This document shows positions 62,508 through 64,000 of a stretch of 64,000 nt of DNA, piece by piece. The position numbers were made by a program, and so were the translations under genes. This DNA comes from Heterodontus francisci (lineage: Eukaryota). The DNA is taken from NCBI RefSeq assembly GCF_036365525.1, contig NC_090383.1:83565123-83629122 (forward strand), read 5' to 3'. Positions within the stretch are counted from its first letter, which is position 1. Every line of letters begins with the position of its first letter. The notes below the pieces were generated by a model, which was given only the letters and a program-made list of their open reading frames with translations, searched no databases and was not told where the DNA came from.

Positions 62508-63437
62508 TGTCATGCAGGCCCCCACCTGCCAACAATGAGGCACATTAATTTCGCCACATGAACATTTATTTTTAAACTGTTAATGGAGTAAAGGAAGAAT
62601 TTCCTTTACAAAAAAACAGATGCTTGACTGGAAAGACATTTGCATATTTACAGACAATGCTTAAAAGGGACATAAGACCATGCCCTGACGCATTCAATCC
62701 ACAATGGACTTTTGATCACCAGACATTGAGGGTGGAGGAGCTCGCATTCCAGTTTGACTGCTAAGATGGCTGAATACTCAAACAGATGTGGTCAGACCAG
62801 TTTAGTGATATGACTAACTGGCTGTTAGAGGTTTTTTTTGAACTTACTACAGAGAATTTGAACTCAGAAAGCTGTTTCCTCCTGGACTGAAAAGACCTCT
62901 TGTGGCTGGCTCACCACTGCCTCTCCTGTCTGCTTCCATCTCTTTCTCACGGAACTCCAAGACCCATTGAAGACACATGAACTCTGAGAGAGAAAAGTCT
63001 CCTACAGTGAACAAGGTTCAAGAATAATATTGGGCCCTGAGAAGCAAGATCCATCTACAAACAAGGACTCGACAGTGAGTTCAAAGCACAATAAAAAAAC
63101 TCCCTTCAGAGGTTTCCTCAAACTACTCCACTTTATTTTTTTCTTCTCTTTTCTGTCTCTATTTGCACATGTGTATTGCATATGCATGGTAGCGTGGAGC
63201 GCGGCGTGTATCCGTAGGTGTCAACCAAATTAGAGTTTAAGTTTTAATAAATTGTGCTTTTCTTTAAACCTAAGAAAGCATGTTTGTGCTCATTTCTTTC
63301 CCTTATAATTGGAAAGTGGTGAACAAGAATTCACCAAGGGGGAGTTCAAAACATGGTGTGTTTAAAATTAAACCCTGTTCCAGTAAGACCAGGTGAAGGC
63401 TGAAAGGGACCTGCAGACACCTCACCTGGTCGTAACA
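62508..63437 (+). mobile_element. Solo LTR (Gypsy-type)
   Basis: TGTCATG...CGTAACA termini, exact 4-bp TSD CTTT (62504-62507, 63438-63441), AATAAA near 63246. Confidence 0.82.
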
Positions 63438-64000
63438 CTTTTATGCCCTTTGTGGACACAGCTCCTCTTCAGCCAAAAAAGTGTGTTCTATGGTGTAACA
63501 CTAATTTAAATCAGAAACTTGTTAGAAAGTTCAACCAAGGTGCTACTATGTGCCACGACAAATTGAACATTTGAATAAGGTGCAATTACAAACCCAGAAA
63601 TGATTGCCACCGAGTAATTAATTTTGCAGGGGAAAATTTAACGTCCTAAAATCTTCGTGAAGTACGTGAAATGAACCAGTTGCTTCAGGTATATTGAAAT
63701 TAGACTGTATGAACATCCAATACTGTCATTAGTTCTGATGATGTTTGATTGCTGTGTTGAAAGAATAGCTTTTCCTGCAACTTGAACATACAAATTTTCA
63801 CTATTTTGCTGTTTTCTTCTATAAACCTGAAAAGCATTTAACTGATTTTTAGTTCACCACAGTTAAATGTAGTGCAAATGTGAGGTTTTATTATAATCAC
63901 ACAGTGCAGGTTATATTGCTAGTTACCAAGTTATTTTAAGAGAAATTCAAGAATGCTCAAATTATTTTATCTTAGTGAGATTTGCTAAAATTGGTCTTCT

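Noticed and set aside
63853-63940. Possible IARS2 exon 8 (FTTVKCSANVRFYY after tttttag)
   Set aside because: Only superficial similarity. Exon 7 ends in phase 2, and that phase hits TGA within 10 codons; the similar-looking frame also closes with a stop and lacks a fitting donor.

Overview
Vertebrate nuclear DNA, most likely a shark or other cartilaginous fish, judged from the repeat landscape (HE1-type V-SINEs, SacSINE1-like Deu-SINEs, abundant CR1/L2 LINEs, Penelope elements). The species cannot be called. Three intron-containing housekeeping genes were reconstructed by hand from GT-AG exons. EPRS1 (minus strand) has coding exons 1-2 here and continues off the left edge. BPNT1 (minus strand) is complete: 8 coding exons, 927 nt, 308 aa plus stop, 24726-47409. 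IARS2 (plus strand) has coding exons 1-7, 53498-58878, and continues off the right edge. Order and orientation match the human EPRS1-BPNT1-IARS2 block. Most long ORFs in the track are retroelement-derived: a young RTE LINE with one nonsense codon and an inverted 3' segment, a young CR1 nested in an older CR1, a Gypsy element with a SCAN-like gag, a Penelope GIY-YIG fragment and two solo LTRs. The signals most worth follow-up are (1) small Penelope-derived inserts with clear target-site duplications (TSDs) that carry minimal hammerhead-ribozyme cores, one of them a ~200-bp palindrome; (2) a highly structured, possibly ribozyme-bearing RTE 5' UTR; (3) an unclassified repeat family carrying CTCF/YY1/NRF1 motifs; (4) a minisatellite in IARS2 intron 1 whose unit reads like a 3' splice site; (5) local inversion/templated-duplication scars. 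I found no convincing wholly new protein-coding system. All calls were made by eye, without database searches.
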